Shown: positions 46,546-61,670 of the stretch, piece by piece
Layout of the letters: the number at the start of each line of letters is the position of its first letter
How positions within the stretch are numbered: position 1 is the first letter of the stretch
Source: Schmidtea polychroa
Taxonomy: Eukaryota
Direction: 5' to 3'
DNA: 64,000 bases
NCBI GenBank assembly: GCA_044892525.1
Contig: CM097885.1
Coordinates: 40,240,001 to 40,304,000, forward strand
Translations under genes and position numbers: made by a program
The notes under the pieces: model-generated
Database searches by the model: none
Told to the model about the DNA's origin: nothing
Seen by the model: the letters and a program-made list of their open reading frames with translations, nothing else

Positions 46546-49500
46546 CTATAAATTAAAGCATGGTTCAGGAGTAGTTATCATATGCATTAACTTGTCGTCT
46601 ATAATCCTAGAACGAAGACGCAGGAATTTCATCTCTCATACTATTCAGCTCATCCCAAACTCCCTCTCTATTTCCCAACACTTCACATTCATTCATTTAC
46701 CTACAGCAAACATTCCAAGTCACTCACACAGATCCAATGACGAAGAAAAAGAAACGGGGAATTTTCCATTTTAACCTACAAAACCAATGTTTAGTTTAAG
46801 TTGGATAGTACTTACCCGATACTCTTTACGGTTTTGGTACTATCATTCACTCTGGGTGCTTATATGAAAACCAAGTTATAATCTAACTTTTATGGTAGTG
46901 GATCTCTTGATTTTGTATATACCAACCGTTATAAAGTCGAAATTCTATACTATTTACGTTCATTTAAGTTATTCATGTGTCGATTAAGATTTATAATTTG
47001 GAGAATTATTCTGTCCGCAACCATATATGTAAATTAAATTAAAATTATTTGTGGAATTCGCTACAACTGTTGTCATAGTTATGTAGGCGTGTATCATCTT
47101 GCCTGTTATGACTGATTCCTGTTCGGTGAACCCGCATGTCGTGCATTAAACTAACCTGGTGTTTTCGTCAATCGTTGTCTATCTGCTGGGCTGAAGAATC
47201 ATTTATGATGTGTCATTCAATGGGAGCACGATCTATTCCACTGCGTTCATCTGCACTCTTGTTACCTCAGACACACTACATTCTATTACGCAATATTGAC
47301 GTCTGGCAATCATACACTATCGAGTGTTCTCATCATCCTTTTGAGTAATTTCGATGTGATGCATGCAGCAGTGCGTGTACTCGAGACACAGTTGTCCGGA
47401 ATTTCCTACCAAAGTGTGTTGCAGTATTGTCCTACCCTGCAGGAGTTAATTCAGGGAATCATATGTAACTTGAATAAATGATTTATTTTCGTCATTTTGT
47501 CGATTCGCGATAAACTTTATCAATGCGCCTACTAGACAACTCATTCAAGAATCGATACGTTATCTCGCTCAGCAGATCTCTATTATTCGTCTAATTCAGG
47601 CAATTCTGATTTAATGAACAATTAGCTGATAGCCCTGTCAGCGGTTTCTGTCGCAGTTATCGTAAGTATGCAGATAATTCCTCATGATTTATTGACTTTA
47701 ATTTTCAGAAAACGAAGTTTATCAGTAGCCTAAGAGTCAACAATCAGTTCAAAAGTACATGGTCGATGGATTTCGTCGCTAAGGCCCTAGCGATTCGGAT
47801 CTCGTAAGAAAACCTGTAGATATGCTATACCGAGCTCGTCGGAATTTTCGTACGACTGCCGACTTCTAATGGTTGGGGTGTCCAGATGCTGGGTCTCCCA
47901 GAATTATAAGAGTGACGGAAAACGGACCTCCACATGCAACAGGTCGACGACACGAATAAAATGCGAAGGTGAGTTGAGCTGGAATTCTCTCGGAAATTCT
48001 ATGTGGATATATTTTGGTGATTTCACAATTCTCTCAGAAAAACAGCCGATCGCACTCGATGGATGAATCTTCTCCAATTTACAGTTATCATCCACTGGAT
48101 GTCCTCACCCCTCCTGACCCACCCAAGTACTGCATACATTCCTGCCACCGTTCTTGGACCGTCAGGAGGGACGACTCTATCCCGCAAGTCTTTCCACAAA
48201 CAATTTATGAAAATTACCAAATATTAACAAGAAAATGTTATCAATAACTCAAATGCTATTAAACGATTTCTATTAAATAGAAAATTTATTACCTGGCGAC
48301 CACGCCGTCTGTGACTCAGATACGATGCTGCATGGAAATATTTACTAAATATTAGCATTAAACTTGTGGGATACCCTTTTTACTTCAAATCTCGATTCAA
48401 ATTCTTCATGATATTTGTTTCTAGGCATTCTCTTCGGAACGCATCCGAGTTCGTCGCATCGTATCTGAGTCTCAGACAACATCGTCGCCAGCATCATAGA
48501 GAAAGGGACATATGATTAATAATAATGAAAATTTTTATTAAATAAATTATGGTTATAGTTTATTATTACATCAGCATCATAAAATTTAAATCATCAAACA
48601 ACTAACTTACCAAACACTTTCTCCGAGAGTGCTGATAAATCAAAATATTGTTCTAAGGTCTTCAAATATTGGTCCCGTTCGGTGTATCTTTGATTCCCTA
48701 ACTAAACTTGATCGTTGTAAATGAAGTGCTTCCTGAATGTCGTTTGCGTTAAAATAGTCTGTGAATGATGCTGTGGAGTATTCGTAAAAGTGGTTTCTGT
48801 TCGCAAATTGAATAGATATCGTCCCTGTAATAGTTTTGTTAAAAGTGTTCATAAAAGTTTGTCGACTTTACCTGTAATAGTTTTGTTAAAAGTGTTACTC
48901 TATTAATTTTTCGCGCTCCTTATATACTATTTCTCGTCCAATCAGGACGTGCCTTGTGTGTAATATTATTATTTATTATTATTTTTATGTTTTATAATGT
49001 AATGTGTTAGATTTTAACGACTTTTTCCTTCTTTTTATTATTATTTATTTATTTTCCTATTTTTTATTCTTTTCTCCTGTTTTTCCGGTGTATTTATTGT
49101 TATTTGGTTATAATATAATTTTTTGTTTTAATTGGCCTATACATTTATTTAAAAATGGTTTTATTTCTATTTTATCTCTTAATATCTTGTTTATTTTCCT
49201 TAAATTCATTATTTTGTTCCTTTCTGCTATCATAGGTGTTGGATAATCTTCTTTTTTTCGTTTTGTCTTTCGTCTTATACATTTTATTATTTTATTAATT
49301 ATTTTTATTCTCTTTGTATTCTTATTTCTTTTATTGTTATCTACTTTAGTTATTCTTATATTTTCCGCGTTTTTAGTGAAATTTATTTTATACTTTTTAT
49401 TCGTCCTTAACCTGATTTCCAGCACTCTCGAAGCCTGGCCCAACAATACTGTTGGATTAAGAACCGAAATAGAATTTCTCTTTTGTTTATTTATGTTGAG

Positions 49501-50049
49501 CATAAGATTTGTTTTGTTTCATTAAAAAATGATGACAGTGAAGAGTAAACTGAGATATCTAAATAAGCATAGAGAAGGCATTAAGTTTGGTTAAATAATA
49601 ATATAGCATTAAATAAAACAAATTAAACATAACAGAAATAGAATAATTAAAAACAAAAGTAATTAAAATAAAACCGCAGTTAAAACAAATGAAAAAATTA
49701 AGTTATCGCGTAAAAAAAGACACAAGAAGCAAAAAATATCCCGAGAAGTGGATATATAAAGCGATATATAAAAGAATCAGTATCGAGGAAACTAATATAA
49801 TTTAATGAAGTTGAGTAAATTAAATGAAAAATAAGAAATTAAACCAATATAAATGATTTTAGAGGGACTCTAAAATAAACAAAAAATATAATAAATTAGC
49901 ATCCCAACTCGATCCTGATTGTTTGAAAATGCATTCAAAATACTATTTTTGGGCACTTAACGGTGTGTCGCGATGGTGGTTGTTAGGGGAGTGATAACTG
50001 TTCAGAAGGGTCTCCTTCCTAAACGCCCATTATGATTATTGTCTTTACT

Positions 50050-50185
50050 GCCACATGATGCTGATCATGTTGGTAATGTACCCACTGGTTGGAATTCATG
50101 AGCAGATGAGCCCCTGAGTTAGGACTACTCCCCATGGTATTCTTCTTTCGGGTCCTAGAATGCCGATAGAATGACTTACATCTAC
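50050..50185 (+). other. Dispersed structured motif, copy 4
   Basis: CATGTTGGTAATGT..ATGAGCCCC..CGGGTCCTAGAATGCCGATAGAATGACTTAC. Confidence 0.65.
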
Positions 50186-50498
50186 AGTATCTTCTCATAT
50201 GGATGTGCTGACAAACCTCTGGTCCAATTGAGGTCCTTCCTAATCACTTTCTTTCCTTTCCGTGACCGTCAGACCGAAATATGTTACACTCTATTGAAAC
50301 CGATAAGACATAGCAAAGGAAATGACATCAAATTATATTAAACCCTCACTGGCAAGATGTTAGGAAATTTCAATACACCAAACAAATTATACGGAGTATA
50401 TTTAGGAGACAATGGGATCACTGCAGAAATGTTTAGTCAGATTCTACACAGTGGTCGGATAGATACCGACTCTGTCACATTGCAGGAACTCTTCGGGT

Positions 50499-51234
50499 TC
50501 ATTTAAGAAGGCCGTAATGTCGATCTCTAATTGTGGATCGCGGGTCGGTGGAGTACCAGATGTGGGTACAAATATATAGAGGAATGTCGGGCACTACCTG
50601 GCTGGACGCAGATTCTTTTCTCACTGTGCTAGGGACGGCAAACAATAACACTTCGTCTCGTCGTTTCTTTGAGTGCTCAGCACGAGTGAGGCGCTTGCGT
50701 TTCCGTGGAGTCGACGGATTCAAAACGGTTACGGTTGTTACCGGAGCTGCTAGAGTCGTGGTTACAATGGGTGTTTGAGCCGGAAGTATGCTGGCTTCCA
50801 CGAAGACGACATCTGGAATAGGTGAAGGAGACGGTTCGGGTACGTTATTAAGACATGTCGCCGTCGAACGGGCGTGGGCTTCCTCAGTTCTATGGTGGGC
50901 CAGAAAACGTTAGCCTTATCAATGACAAGAAACTCAGTGACTCGCTTTTTCAACTATGCCTCCGAATAGATGCAGTGGAGGGCCTCCGACTGGGCCTTAT
51001 AGTGAGGCGCTGACAACGACTCTCCTCGAGAAAACTGTCCCGACAGTGCTCTAGGCGCAATATCTTTCTGTTGGCCTCCTTCATTAGTGGTGTGGAGAAC
51101 CAAGTGCCTTTTAGTAGGTCTATTCGCTTCTTCAATGCCCCCAGATTTATGTTCATCTGACATAAAGTCGAATTTTTATCTGCGCACGAAAAACACGGCT
51201 TTGGGCCAGGCTTGGGAAGATTTGGTTCTGACAT
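50499..51234 (-). pseudogene. Frameshifted paralog of the 45784-46545 protein
   Basis: PCFSCADKN..GALKKRIDLLKGTWFS..LRLEHCRDS, KAQSEALH and PRKRKRLTRA spread over several frames. Confidence 0.7.
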
Positions 51235-52590
51235 TTACTGAAAATTTTAAAAAAAATTTATAGGGTGAACTCAAATATCGAATGGGTAGATAGACAAGCA
51301 GAACCAGGTCGATAAGCGATAAGAACAAACAGATGGGATTTAGCCTTAACTCAGCGTTGAATTTATATTTTAACCTTACCAGCTATCAGTGGATCTCTGC
51401 TTCTGACTCTTCTAGCAACACATCCATGTACATCTTGTAGAAACTTTCCAGGCATTGGGGACGGAACTTGATCGATGAATAGAGGGAAACCTTTTTATTA
51501 TTAAAGAAAAAGGAAACTTTGAATCGAATCAGAGGGTTAGTTTAACAGATGCTTGACTTTAAGTATTAGATTAGTTAGTAGTAAAGATAAATTTCATGCG
51601 TTAAATAATGATGATCGGTAAATAGAGAAAAACCTCCCTACCGCTTACTGGAACATTTAAAATTAATTTAAGTATTAATTTTAATAGTGGCTTAATTGGA
51701 AGGTCGGTTTAATTGGCATTAAAAATGAATCCAATAAATATTAATCAACATTAGGAATAATTTAAATGATTGTTTATGTGACAAATTCAAAACAAAATTA
51801 AAGTTTATCCGTTCAATCGGACGTAGTGTATTTTTGTCGTCTCTACTTCAGGCGGTTCTTGCCAGGGTCGACATTATCCGGTTCTCAATCGTGATGGGTT
51901 GTTTATATTCGACATCTTAGATTACTTAATCCTGTTTAGATTAAGTCGATTCAGTCGATTCCGACATCCTATGGAACCACTGCAAAATTGTTTATAAGTC
52001 TAAAAATTCCACCTAATACAGTAAAAGTTCAGAGATAGCACCGAGAACATTCTAGTATAAGAAGTGTTTCAAGGGAACCAGATGAGCATCGAGATGGGTA
52101 TTGTGAGAATAAATCCAACCGATATGATAAGCTAGATCTGGACTACTGCGATTTTACCAGTAGGAATTAGTAGGAAAGCTGTCAATAGAGATGATGTTCT
52201 TCACATGAGCATGGCATTGATTTTCCAAACAATACACAGTTAGGTGGAACTGATCGAATCTGTATTTCCATCTGCATTAAAAATTCAGCCGAGCGTAACA
52301 ATAAGTTGTCGCTTTATCACTCGAGCGTAACACTGCGCCAATCTACTGTTTTAGATCAGTAATCGATGTAACCTTGCAAGTCAATACATGTAACAACATC
52401 CCTAGTGCATAATCGATTATTATTTTATAGTTGTTTTTTCGATCAAAGCAATGTAGAATAATCCCGGCTGAGCCCCCAAAAATCATGTTGGTGCTTAGGG
52501 ATGTGTTATTTTATTTTTAGATGTGTTAGAAGTATTTATATATGTTGAATCGACTCCTTCCTAAACTCCTTCATGACTATTTTACTTTAT

Positions 52591-52735
52591 ACCAGCTTTG
52601 TACCCATGGTGACGACCATTTTGGTGCTGTTCACAGTGGCTGAAAATACATGAGTAGGTGAGCTCTATTACTAAAATTACTCATGATATTTTCATTTTCG
52701 GGTTCACGACTACCGATAAAAGGTCCTACGTCATT
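52591..52735 (+). other. Dispersed structured motif, copy 5
   Basis: GTACCCATGGTGACGACCAT..GAGTAGGTGAGCTC..CGGGTTCACGACTACCGATAAAAGGTCCTAC. Confidence 0.65.
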
Positions 52736-54984
52736 GTTCATTAGATATTTCTTTCTTAGATTGTTATTGATTCATGTAATTATATTCCTCATTGCTAGAT
52801 GTTTTTAATGTTATCTTCCGAAATTTTGCGCAGGGATCTGACCTTATTTTCCAGTTAATAAATGTTGTTCTATACTTTCTGCAATATTCGAAATATTCAA
52901 AAGATTTGAGCGGCTATCTGTCCATATTTTTAATTCTGGCTTATTTGATGACAAAACCACTATAATGTTATCAGAAACTAAACCTTATCTGCTTGCCCTT
53001 GACCTTACCTTCCCTATTTCTAACCTAACTCACAAAAATTTGTAAAGGGTATCAAAGATTGACTCGAAGGAGAAGCCTCCGTTTCAGACCAAATCAGTTG
53101 GGTGTAGTACACTTTACCATCTACCCATAAGATCAGAAGCATGGTCTTTGATTCATGGTTAGACCAACTCCATCTTAACTATTATTCAAAACATGGAAAT
53201 TAAAATCGAGAAATAAACGATTAAAAAGAACAAAAAAATAACTAGAAATAAATTGAATACAAAAATTTATTACCTTAGAACATTACAAAAAAATATCCAA
53301 ATCCAATTTAAGCTTACCACAATGGCATAAACCGAAAATTGACAGCAGTTAAAAATGACAACGAAAAATTGTGTTCAAAATTTTATCAAAGTTTACAGTG
53401 TGATAATTGATTTCAACTGAATTTGCAATACTGATTTTGATTGCATTCTCTTCCACTATATCCAAACAGAATGCAGTACAGCTGAATTGCGTTACACAAA
53501 TGTATGAGTGTGTGCAATTTTTTAATTTAATTAATCAAATTAATTTTAATAACTTTATTTTTACAAATTTTATATACAATAATTCTACATATAATTTAAC
53601 AAAACTAATTTATTTTAAATTTTATTATTTTATCCATAGAAATTTTTAGTTTGAATTCTTAAAGTCTATTTATTTCTTTATTTTATTTCATTTAATTTTT
53701 AAATAAATTTTTCCTGTTCATTCTCTTAAAGTATGTACTCATTGCTATAGCTCCTTCGTGCGTAAATAAATACGAGCCATAACATCCCTTATTAATTCGA
53801 TTATGGTCCTTCGTATGTAAATACGACTAATAATCCTTACAATTTCTTTTCATATTATAATTAATTTATTATCTATTATTTTATTTATTATTCTTTTGTT
53901 TTTCTACTTGGCAAATTTTTCGAGTGCTTTATTTTTCTCTTAACTGTGTTGGTGATAGCAACTTCTTGCATTCCTTGATTTTATTATACGTGTTTTATTT
54001 ATTCTCAATGTGTTGTGTACTTTATTTTGTATTATTTGATGTATAATCATAGATTTTTATTCAACTTGGTGCGGTTTTTATGCTATGTATTTCCGATCCA
54101 TTAAAAAAAACTCTGAATTCTCGGTTCTAGCCCAAAATTATTATTGTCTTTCATTAAAATATACAATTCATTTCTTTTTCACGCTAAATTTTCATTTACA
54201 AATATTTAATAATTTATCTATAATTTATATTTGAGAATGGAAATAAGAAATGACACAGTTTATGAAATTTTTGGTACTAGCGGTAGTGGAATAACTTTTT
54301 TTGTTTGCAAATGATTAAAATCAAAATGAATCAAATCTAAATTCAATCAGATTTCTTGGCATCGTGGAGCGGATGAAGAACATGGGTTGACGCAAACGAG
54401 TTTCTGTAAATTGAAAAATATGGAAATTCTCAATGGATTCGAAAAAAATTGGTCAAGTCAATTACAAAAAGCCTATATAATAATCATTGATAAAAAAGAT
54501 TTCAATAATTTATTCTCAGAGATTAGTAGACTGTTATTTTTTTAGCTGAAAATCTGTTTCATTAAGGTGTTGAACACGTAATTTGAATGTGCAATATTTA
54601 GTGATTTTCAAAAATACGAGGGATACTACTTCTTATTGATTTTCTTTCAAGACAGGCATATCCAAATAATAGAAATAATAATTATATTAATATTCCTTAT
54701 AATGTTTACTGAAAGCCATAACAATAATTTTTCGTCAAACCGCTTAAAACTTTTCTTTTTTTTAATTATTTCGAATTAATTACAATGTCAAACTCAAATG
54801 TGAATGATAAATAACCAAAAATTTAAAATCCAATTGGTATAATAATTTTACAGTTACAATTACTTTTGAAGGTAAATTAATAAAATTGATTTTGATGACT
54901 TCTTTAAATAAATCATAATTAATTTCAAAATTTTTTGTTTACTTTAATTTTGAATAAACAAATAACACAAAATAACGGTATTTT

Positions 54985-55283
54985 GCTATTGTTTTTGAAG
55001 TTGTGGCTCTTATATGCGGCATTTGTGCGTCTTTATTTTTTTTGCTTTCAATTGCAACTGAAAATGAAGAAAAGCACCGAACTTTCGCCTTGAGTTGGCA
55101 ATTAATATTCTCTGTCATTTCATGAAATCTTTCTGCAACTGTATTTCTTGATAAGCTTATGTTCGCAAAAGCTAGACGTTTTTCTGGGCAAATATCTTCT
55201 GAAGCCATTAACATACGTTTCTTTATGAACTCTTCCGTAAAAGGCTTCGATGACATAGCTATTTCTTGTGCAATCCTGTAATC
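54985..55283 (-). pseudogene. hAT (GTF2IRD2/SPIN-like) transposase fragment
   Basis: SSKPFTEEFIKK..ICPEKRLAFANISLSRNTVAER..FSSFSVAI. Confidence 0.75.
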
Positions 55284-56389
55284 TGACGATGGGTAAGTCC
55301 TTCTAACGGCCGTTCAGAACCCGTAGGAGAATTATGTATTGTAGGGGTTTTTACGGGGGAAGATTGTAGGTGTAAAACTAGTCTTCAAATGCAAAGACCC
55401 TACATTTGTTCAAATGATACCCTACCCCGATGACTCTTCACGTTGTGATTTAGTTTGATTTTTTTCGGCTTGTACTATGTAATCTACATCACCTATTCAA
55501 ATTGGATTCCTTTCCAAAAGCATTCTCATTTAGTTTATGATTATTTTTCTAACTTTCATAATTGTTATTTTGGATACACTTGTTAATTTAAGGATGTCCG
55601 TTTGTTTCATAAATAGGCAAAATACATATCACTATAAAGCATCTCCATTCATAACCATCAAAAAATTTTTCCTACTTCAACAACATTGGACTGTGACAAT
55701 ATTCGCATACTTGTTCATCTTTTATTTGATTGTTAGATATCAAACAATTTAATTGTTCGTCTTTTGTAAGTTTACATAATTTGTTTAATATGTGATCCAG
55801 GCATTTAATTTCGTCAATTTTTTAAATTTAAAAATATTTGAATAGAATTAAAATTTTCTAAAATAATTCAGGTATATTTAAATTGAATTAAAAATATCAA
55901 AGATAATAATTTGCTATCATTTGTTGATTTTTCATCAGATGCTCGTTTTTCTTCCCCACAACACTTCGTTTCTTGACCTGGAAATTGGTGAATTTCTAAT
56001 TTAAAAATAACCATAAAAAATTAATTAAATAAAAATAATTTTAAATCACCGTTAGTTGAAAATAAAAGTTTGAGTCTGATTCAATCAGACGACTTAAAAC
56101 AACAAAAAATTTAATAATTATGTTTTTAAATAAATTGAAAGCTTCAAATCAAAGGTGTTCGATTGGGCCACGTTGGAAAAAGAGGAATTATATTGGGCCA
56201 CACATAAAATATACTAACCCTTAAGATAGTTAATGAACAAAAACTTGAACAAAAACTTGGTCGAAGTCAACTTGGTCAAGAATTTCAACTAATTTAAATT
56301 TCATTAATTCATGAATTTTATGTTTTAAAATTAAAATAATAACGTGAAATTAATGAGATATTTTACATTGTTTTTGACACAATAATTAT

Positions 56390-57460
56390 TCGATATTTGG
56401 TTCGATCTAAGTAGTTGTAATTCTCAGTTGGTTCTTAAGGTGCTCATCAGATACTTTAGAATCTTGTTAAAACCTTTCCTAGACATAACCATCTGACTTT
56501 GTATGAAGCAGTAACTTTTTATGTAAGCTTCTCGTGTCTTCACATATTAAAGTAAATATGCTGGAATTTAGCGATTTGGATTTTATAATTTTTTTTTAAA
56601 TTGACAAGATTAACAACTTCTTTAAGGACATAGTTAAGTTCTTTTGGCATATATTTAACAGCAAGTGCCTTGCGGTGATGGTAACAATAACTATTTTTAT
56701 TATGAGGAACTCTTAGCTTTATTCGTGCATTTACAACTTTGGAATTTTCAGTGCAAATATGAAAACACCGATTCCAAGGTATCGAATGTGATTTTAAAAA
56801 TGCATCAACCTAGTTGATTATTTCTTCTCCTGTTGTATTAGTAGGAAGAGCTTTGAAAAATAACAAATCTTCTGAAAAATTCAATTCATGAATATATCGT
56901 ACGAAAACCAATAAGATGGCTAATCCGGATACATTTATGGATAAATCTAATTGGAGAGTGAATCCTTGTTTAACAGTTTGAAACTAGTTCCATTTCACAA
57001 TAATTAGATATTTTCAAACTTCGTATTGAAACCTTAGTATCGGATAGTGGAACGGAATCAATTTTAATTGGCATATTTCTCGCCAAGCATGAATGTTAAT
57101 TAAGGATTTGCACAAGGTTTTACTTGTTTTCTACCAATGGTATAAGCTTCATCTTGTTGTGCAATGTGCAAACTGACTGGATAAGATGTGGTCAGAGCAT
57201 TTTTATTATTATCATGCAAAACATTTCTGAAACAAGCCTTTTCGTTCCAACTCTAAACAATTCCTCTTGAAGTAATCAACACTTTTGCTTTTTAATGCTG
57301 GATGAACGGTTTCCAATTTGTGTTTTAATTTCTCGAAATTTAAACTGTTGTTACATACCACTTGTTCACATTTCACATAGATCCGATTTGGATGATTTTT
57401 ATAACTGGTCCATGTAAAACCAATATTAGAAGTTTGGTTTCTTAAATTAATTATATCCAT
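56390..57460 (-). pseudogene. hAT (ZBED5/SCAND3-like) transposase remnant
   Basis: GFTWT..C.QV..KLKHKLETVH..YFKR; downstream decayed FTLQLD, LAILLVFVRYI, EDLLF, HRKALAVK; many stops. Confidence 0.7.
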
Positions 57461-59481
57461 ATTTTAAAAAAAAACAAAACTATATTTTTAAAAACAACAC
57501 AAAAATCTCTCTTATTAAAACAATCACTGTTTTTAGGTTAGAGGATATTTTCGCAATATTTGAATAGGGAATATTCGTACACAAGCATTCAATAAATATT
57601 TTATATTTTAATCTTCAATCATTCTTAAATATATTTAACTTATTATTTTAATTTATAATTTTATTATTTACTTTAATTATATTATTTAAATCTATTTAAA
57701 TCTGGAAATTAAATACTTCTTCAATTTAATTACTTTCACAACCAAAATTTAAATAATATTCATCATATTTTCTTCCTCTACAACTAACTTCTCCAACATT
57801 GAAAGTAGTTTTTACAAAATCATTTTTTTCCGTCTTTACGTCAGTTGAAGCTGTAGATGTTCTTGAACAATGTTCCATAGTAGTTAATGCTAATTTTTCC
57901 GTTTTACGTCAATTTTCAATAATATATTCCTTGGGAATTAAGTTTATTGCTGAAAAAAAATTTAAAAATAATGAAAATATCTCACTTTTAAATAGCTTAA
58001 AAAGATGATAAACAGCTTGATTTATATCAATTTAATAATTATGTCGCAAGAAAAAATAATAAACACTAACAAAAAAATTAAATACTTTAAATTTAGACTC
58101 AATATAACTTTTTATCAATTGATATTTTTATATCTGGAAATTATTAGTAAGTTTTAATGGAAACTGATATTAAAATAAAACGTTTACTCCATGCCTGAGA
58201 ACGTAAGAACTAATTATTTGGTTGTTATGGTTACGTTTATATTTAAATTCTATGAATCACTATGATTAGCGAAAATTAAATTTAAAAAGTTTAAAAAAGC
58301 AAATACTATTGCTGGGGTTGGGTCCGATGAGAGATAGCTGTAAAAGGGCTAAGATTTCGATAATTTAGAATTATAAATAAATAATTACTATAAATAGAAA
58401 TTAGGAATATATAAATACTATAAATAAATTAATAACTACTATAAATATAAATATTATAAAATCAGTATAAATTAAATTAATAAAATAGATACTAAATATA
58501 GGAATTTTATAATATATGTCATTTATAAATAGTAAATATTAATTTTAAAAGTCCAAAAATAATTAGTATAAATAGACGAGTAATAATCACAAAAGAGAGA
58601 AATAAAATCGTTAAGCTTAAATCGATAATGATTTGAAAGCAATAGCAGAAATTAAAAAACTTGCTGATGCCAGATTATCAGAAATCAAACTAAGAAAAAT
58701 ATTAACGGCTGTCGAAGACTTTAATAAATTAATCTCAACCAGCTGACGTTTTGAGTAACTATAAAAATGAAGAGAAATCAAAATTAGCTAATAATTGTTG
58801 AAAAAGTTGTTAAAATAGAATCCTCAAGGAGATAATTTATCAAATAATAGATACTAACCATAAGGTTAATATATCAATTTATTTAATAATTAATTTTAGC
58901 ACACCCGACCACAAGTATCAACATTGCTGCTTGATTTACTTGCTGGTAATAAATTTGAGAAGGGAAATCAATGGGTAACTGTAGAACTATCTGGTTCTAC
59001 ACGATAGCGTAATATTCGGAACTATCCATCCATCTTGGACCATTCTTATTAGTATAGCGCTGTGAGACAATTAGACATATCTTTTCTGAAGATGGTTTGT
59101 ATAACCGATATCTATACTTTATTTAGGGCAGCGGCATTTTTGGGTAACATTTATTAGAATTTTATAAATTCATTGTGCATATATAAATACATTTTTGAAA
59201 ACAGAAAACTAGTTTTGTCTTATTTAATCTATATCTTTTATTTATATATATATACGCTATTTATCTTTTGGAGTCAGATAAATCAGTAATTTGTGTTAGA
59301 TATCTTTATCCACAAGATCTATCCTAACACTATTTTGATTGTGTTAACTACGCGTACTAGAATTAGAAAAATATTTACGTCATAGTTATGCTGGGGCATA
59401 CTGAAAACAGGATCGCAGAAATGTCTAGTTGGAAAACCGGGGTTATGATTTGGCAGATGACATCATGATTATTGAAAACTA

Positions 59482-59620
59482 ACCCCCTGTATACTCATAG
59501 TGACAGACCATGTTGGTACTGTTTACATGGGGTGAGTGTGAGTAGACATGTAAAGCTTCGTTGCAAAGACTTCTACTTGATAACCATCTGAAATTCTGAA
59601 CGGCCGATAGGTCTTACTTC
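59482..59620 (+). other. Dispersed structured motif, copy 6 (degenerate); a partial inverted copy lies at 55290-55323
   Basis: CCATGTTGGTACTGT..TCTGAACGGCCGATAGGTCTTAC; 55290-55323 on the minus strand reads CGGGTTCTGAACGGCCGTTAGAAGGACTTACCC. Confidence 0.5.
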
Positions 59621-60021
59621 AGTCAGGAGCTATTCTTTGAGAGTTAATTAAGGACTCTATAATTCGGGAAATGTCATAATAAGAGTAAATGCCAGGCCCC
59701 TCGCGACATAATCCTTGGTTACCCTACTTATTACTAAACCAACTAAATTAACACAAAATTTAAAATAAAAGTAAAGAACAAATTTTAAACTATAATTTTA
59801 TAAATTATAAGTGTTAGGTTCGTAGAGCGGGACACAATTCAAATCTGACTCCAATTAATTAAAATGCATGTTAGATTACAGGGTATTTCATAAATATATA
59901 TAATCATTTCACAAATATATATAATCATTCCACAAATATATATAATCCTTATATAAATAAATATAATCAGTTCATTAATTTATATGAAATTTATTTTCAG
60001 ACGATTAAAATTTATCATATA

Positions 60022-60466
60022 GTGAAATTTTTTTTTGAACAAAGTCCAAAAATGAAACAGAGAAAAACAAGAAATCAAATGACACAGGAAAAGTTAGGTA
60101 TAATTGATCGACTTTCATCTCAAGGAAGCACAGCTCGGGAAATAGCACACGCTACAGGGTTTTCCGGGACCTGTATTTATAAAAGATTGCAGGAAATACA
60201 GGAAACTGGTAATGTTACAGTTCAAAAACCCGGGAGAAAACGAATAAACCAAGCCGATCGCATTTCCTTTGTCTCAGAAATCGTACAGATCGATAATAGC
60301 TTGACTTTAACGGGGATTAAGGAGGTTCTGAATGAAAATCAAATAGTTTTATCCAAACCCTCCGTTTGCAGACTTTTAAAGTCGGCCAATATAACTTGAA
60401 AGCGTTTGAATAGAATTACAACAAATAGTCTTTCTCCTGCTGTGCTTGAAGCTAGAGCCATATATG
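60022..60466 (+). pseudogene. IS630/Tc1-like transposase N-terminal HTH region, truncated by an LTR
   Basis: TAREIAHATG..IYK, KPGRKR, DNSLTL..IKEVL..VSKPSV-like, ANIT*KRL; cut at TGTTAGGTTCG (60467). Confidence 0.65.
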
Positions 60467-61519
60467 TGTTAGGTTCGATGGGTATGTATTTGAACTAACA
60501 CAAAAACGTTTAATCTGACTCCAAATAATTTATAATGCGTGTAGGTAAATAAAATAACGAATATGATTTAAATATTTATTAACAATAAATAATTTGTTAC
60601 ACAATTATTTATATTACAAAATTAATCACGCTGCTTTCTAAAGAACAAAAAACGGTTATACAAACCGCCCTAAAGAGTATTACTAAGAATCAAGGCTGGC
60701 CCTAAATGCGCCAACAGCCCGATATAGGTGAGCGGAAAAGAGATAAGGGAGTTTACCTAATTTTAACGCGATAGAGTCAACCCAGAAATTGGTTAACTCT
60801 TGATAAATAATATTCGTAACGAGACAACACAAAAAGATACGTGCTGACGTTACTGTTTCCCTTGTTAAATTAGTTTTATTTGACCGAATAAATTTATATA
60901 TATATATATTTATTTATTTAGATATGAACAATAAAAATTAACTAATTTAATTTTTTCCTTATTTAAATTCCTTCCAGTAGATAGCCAAAACCACAGATGG
61001 GTTGTCGATATGAATCCTAATAATTTTCTTCCTTTTGATCTCTTCTAAATTACTCCAAAGAATATTGGAGCTAAGTTACAATTTGACGTGATAATAAATT
61101 TCCAAGAGAATCTTAAATTCCTTTTCTTCCGATCAATAAAATGAATACTAAAACAGAAATTCGTCCAATGAGAAATTGTTTCCTGATCTAATTTTAATTT
61201 TTTCTGATCTGTGATCTTTTTCTCTCTAGATTTTCTCCTCCCATCAATATAATTTTGCTGATATTTATATAAATTTATTTATTGTAAATCTATTAATAGT
61301 AATTATTTAATTACTATTTTTATTATATATTTTTCAAAAATTGCTATTTTTGTTACGAATTTATTTTTAGTAATTATTTATTACTATTTATATTTCAATT
61401 CCAATTTTAGTAATTTTTAAATACTATTTATATTTTATCCTAATTTTAGTAATTAATTATTATTTAATTCCAAAACCTTTGATTCCGGTTCCCACTGAAC
61501 CCCAACATGTCTTCCCCCT
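60467..61519 (-). mobile_element. Polypurine tract and 3' LTR of a minus-strand LTR retroelement that continues beyond the window
   Basis: Minus strand AGGGGGAAGACA|TGTTGGGGTTCAG at 61519-61495; the other end reads CGAACCTAACA at 60467, forming imperfect inverted termini; a related end lies at ~59812. Confidence 0.6.
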
Positions 61520-61618
61520 AACAAGATTTTCGTCCCGAAAATTAAAGCGTTAAAGACAAGACAATTGCAGCTGATACATAAAAATAAAAAAATAAAAATA
61601 AAAATAAAACAACTGATT

Positions 61619-61670
<52 letters not shown>

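Noticed and set aside
47100..48900. Decayed coding block possibly related to the 62449-63981 protein (also 51850-52400)
   Set aside because: Only short peptide resemblances (IRRIIEIC, CLVGALIK) among many stops; needs tBLASTn to support.
49004..49525. K/I/N-rich and F/L/I-rich ORFs
   Set aside because: Low-complexity AT-rich sequence open on both strands; no domain evidence.
58310..58912. Solo LTR (TGCTGGGGTT...CCGACCACA)
   Set aside because: Only the termini are suggestive; no partner LTR, PBS, PPT or TSD confirmed.
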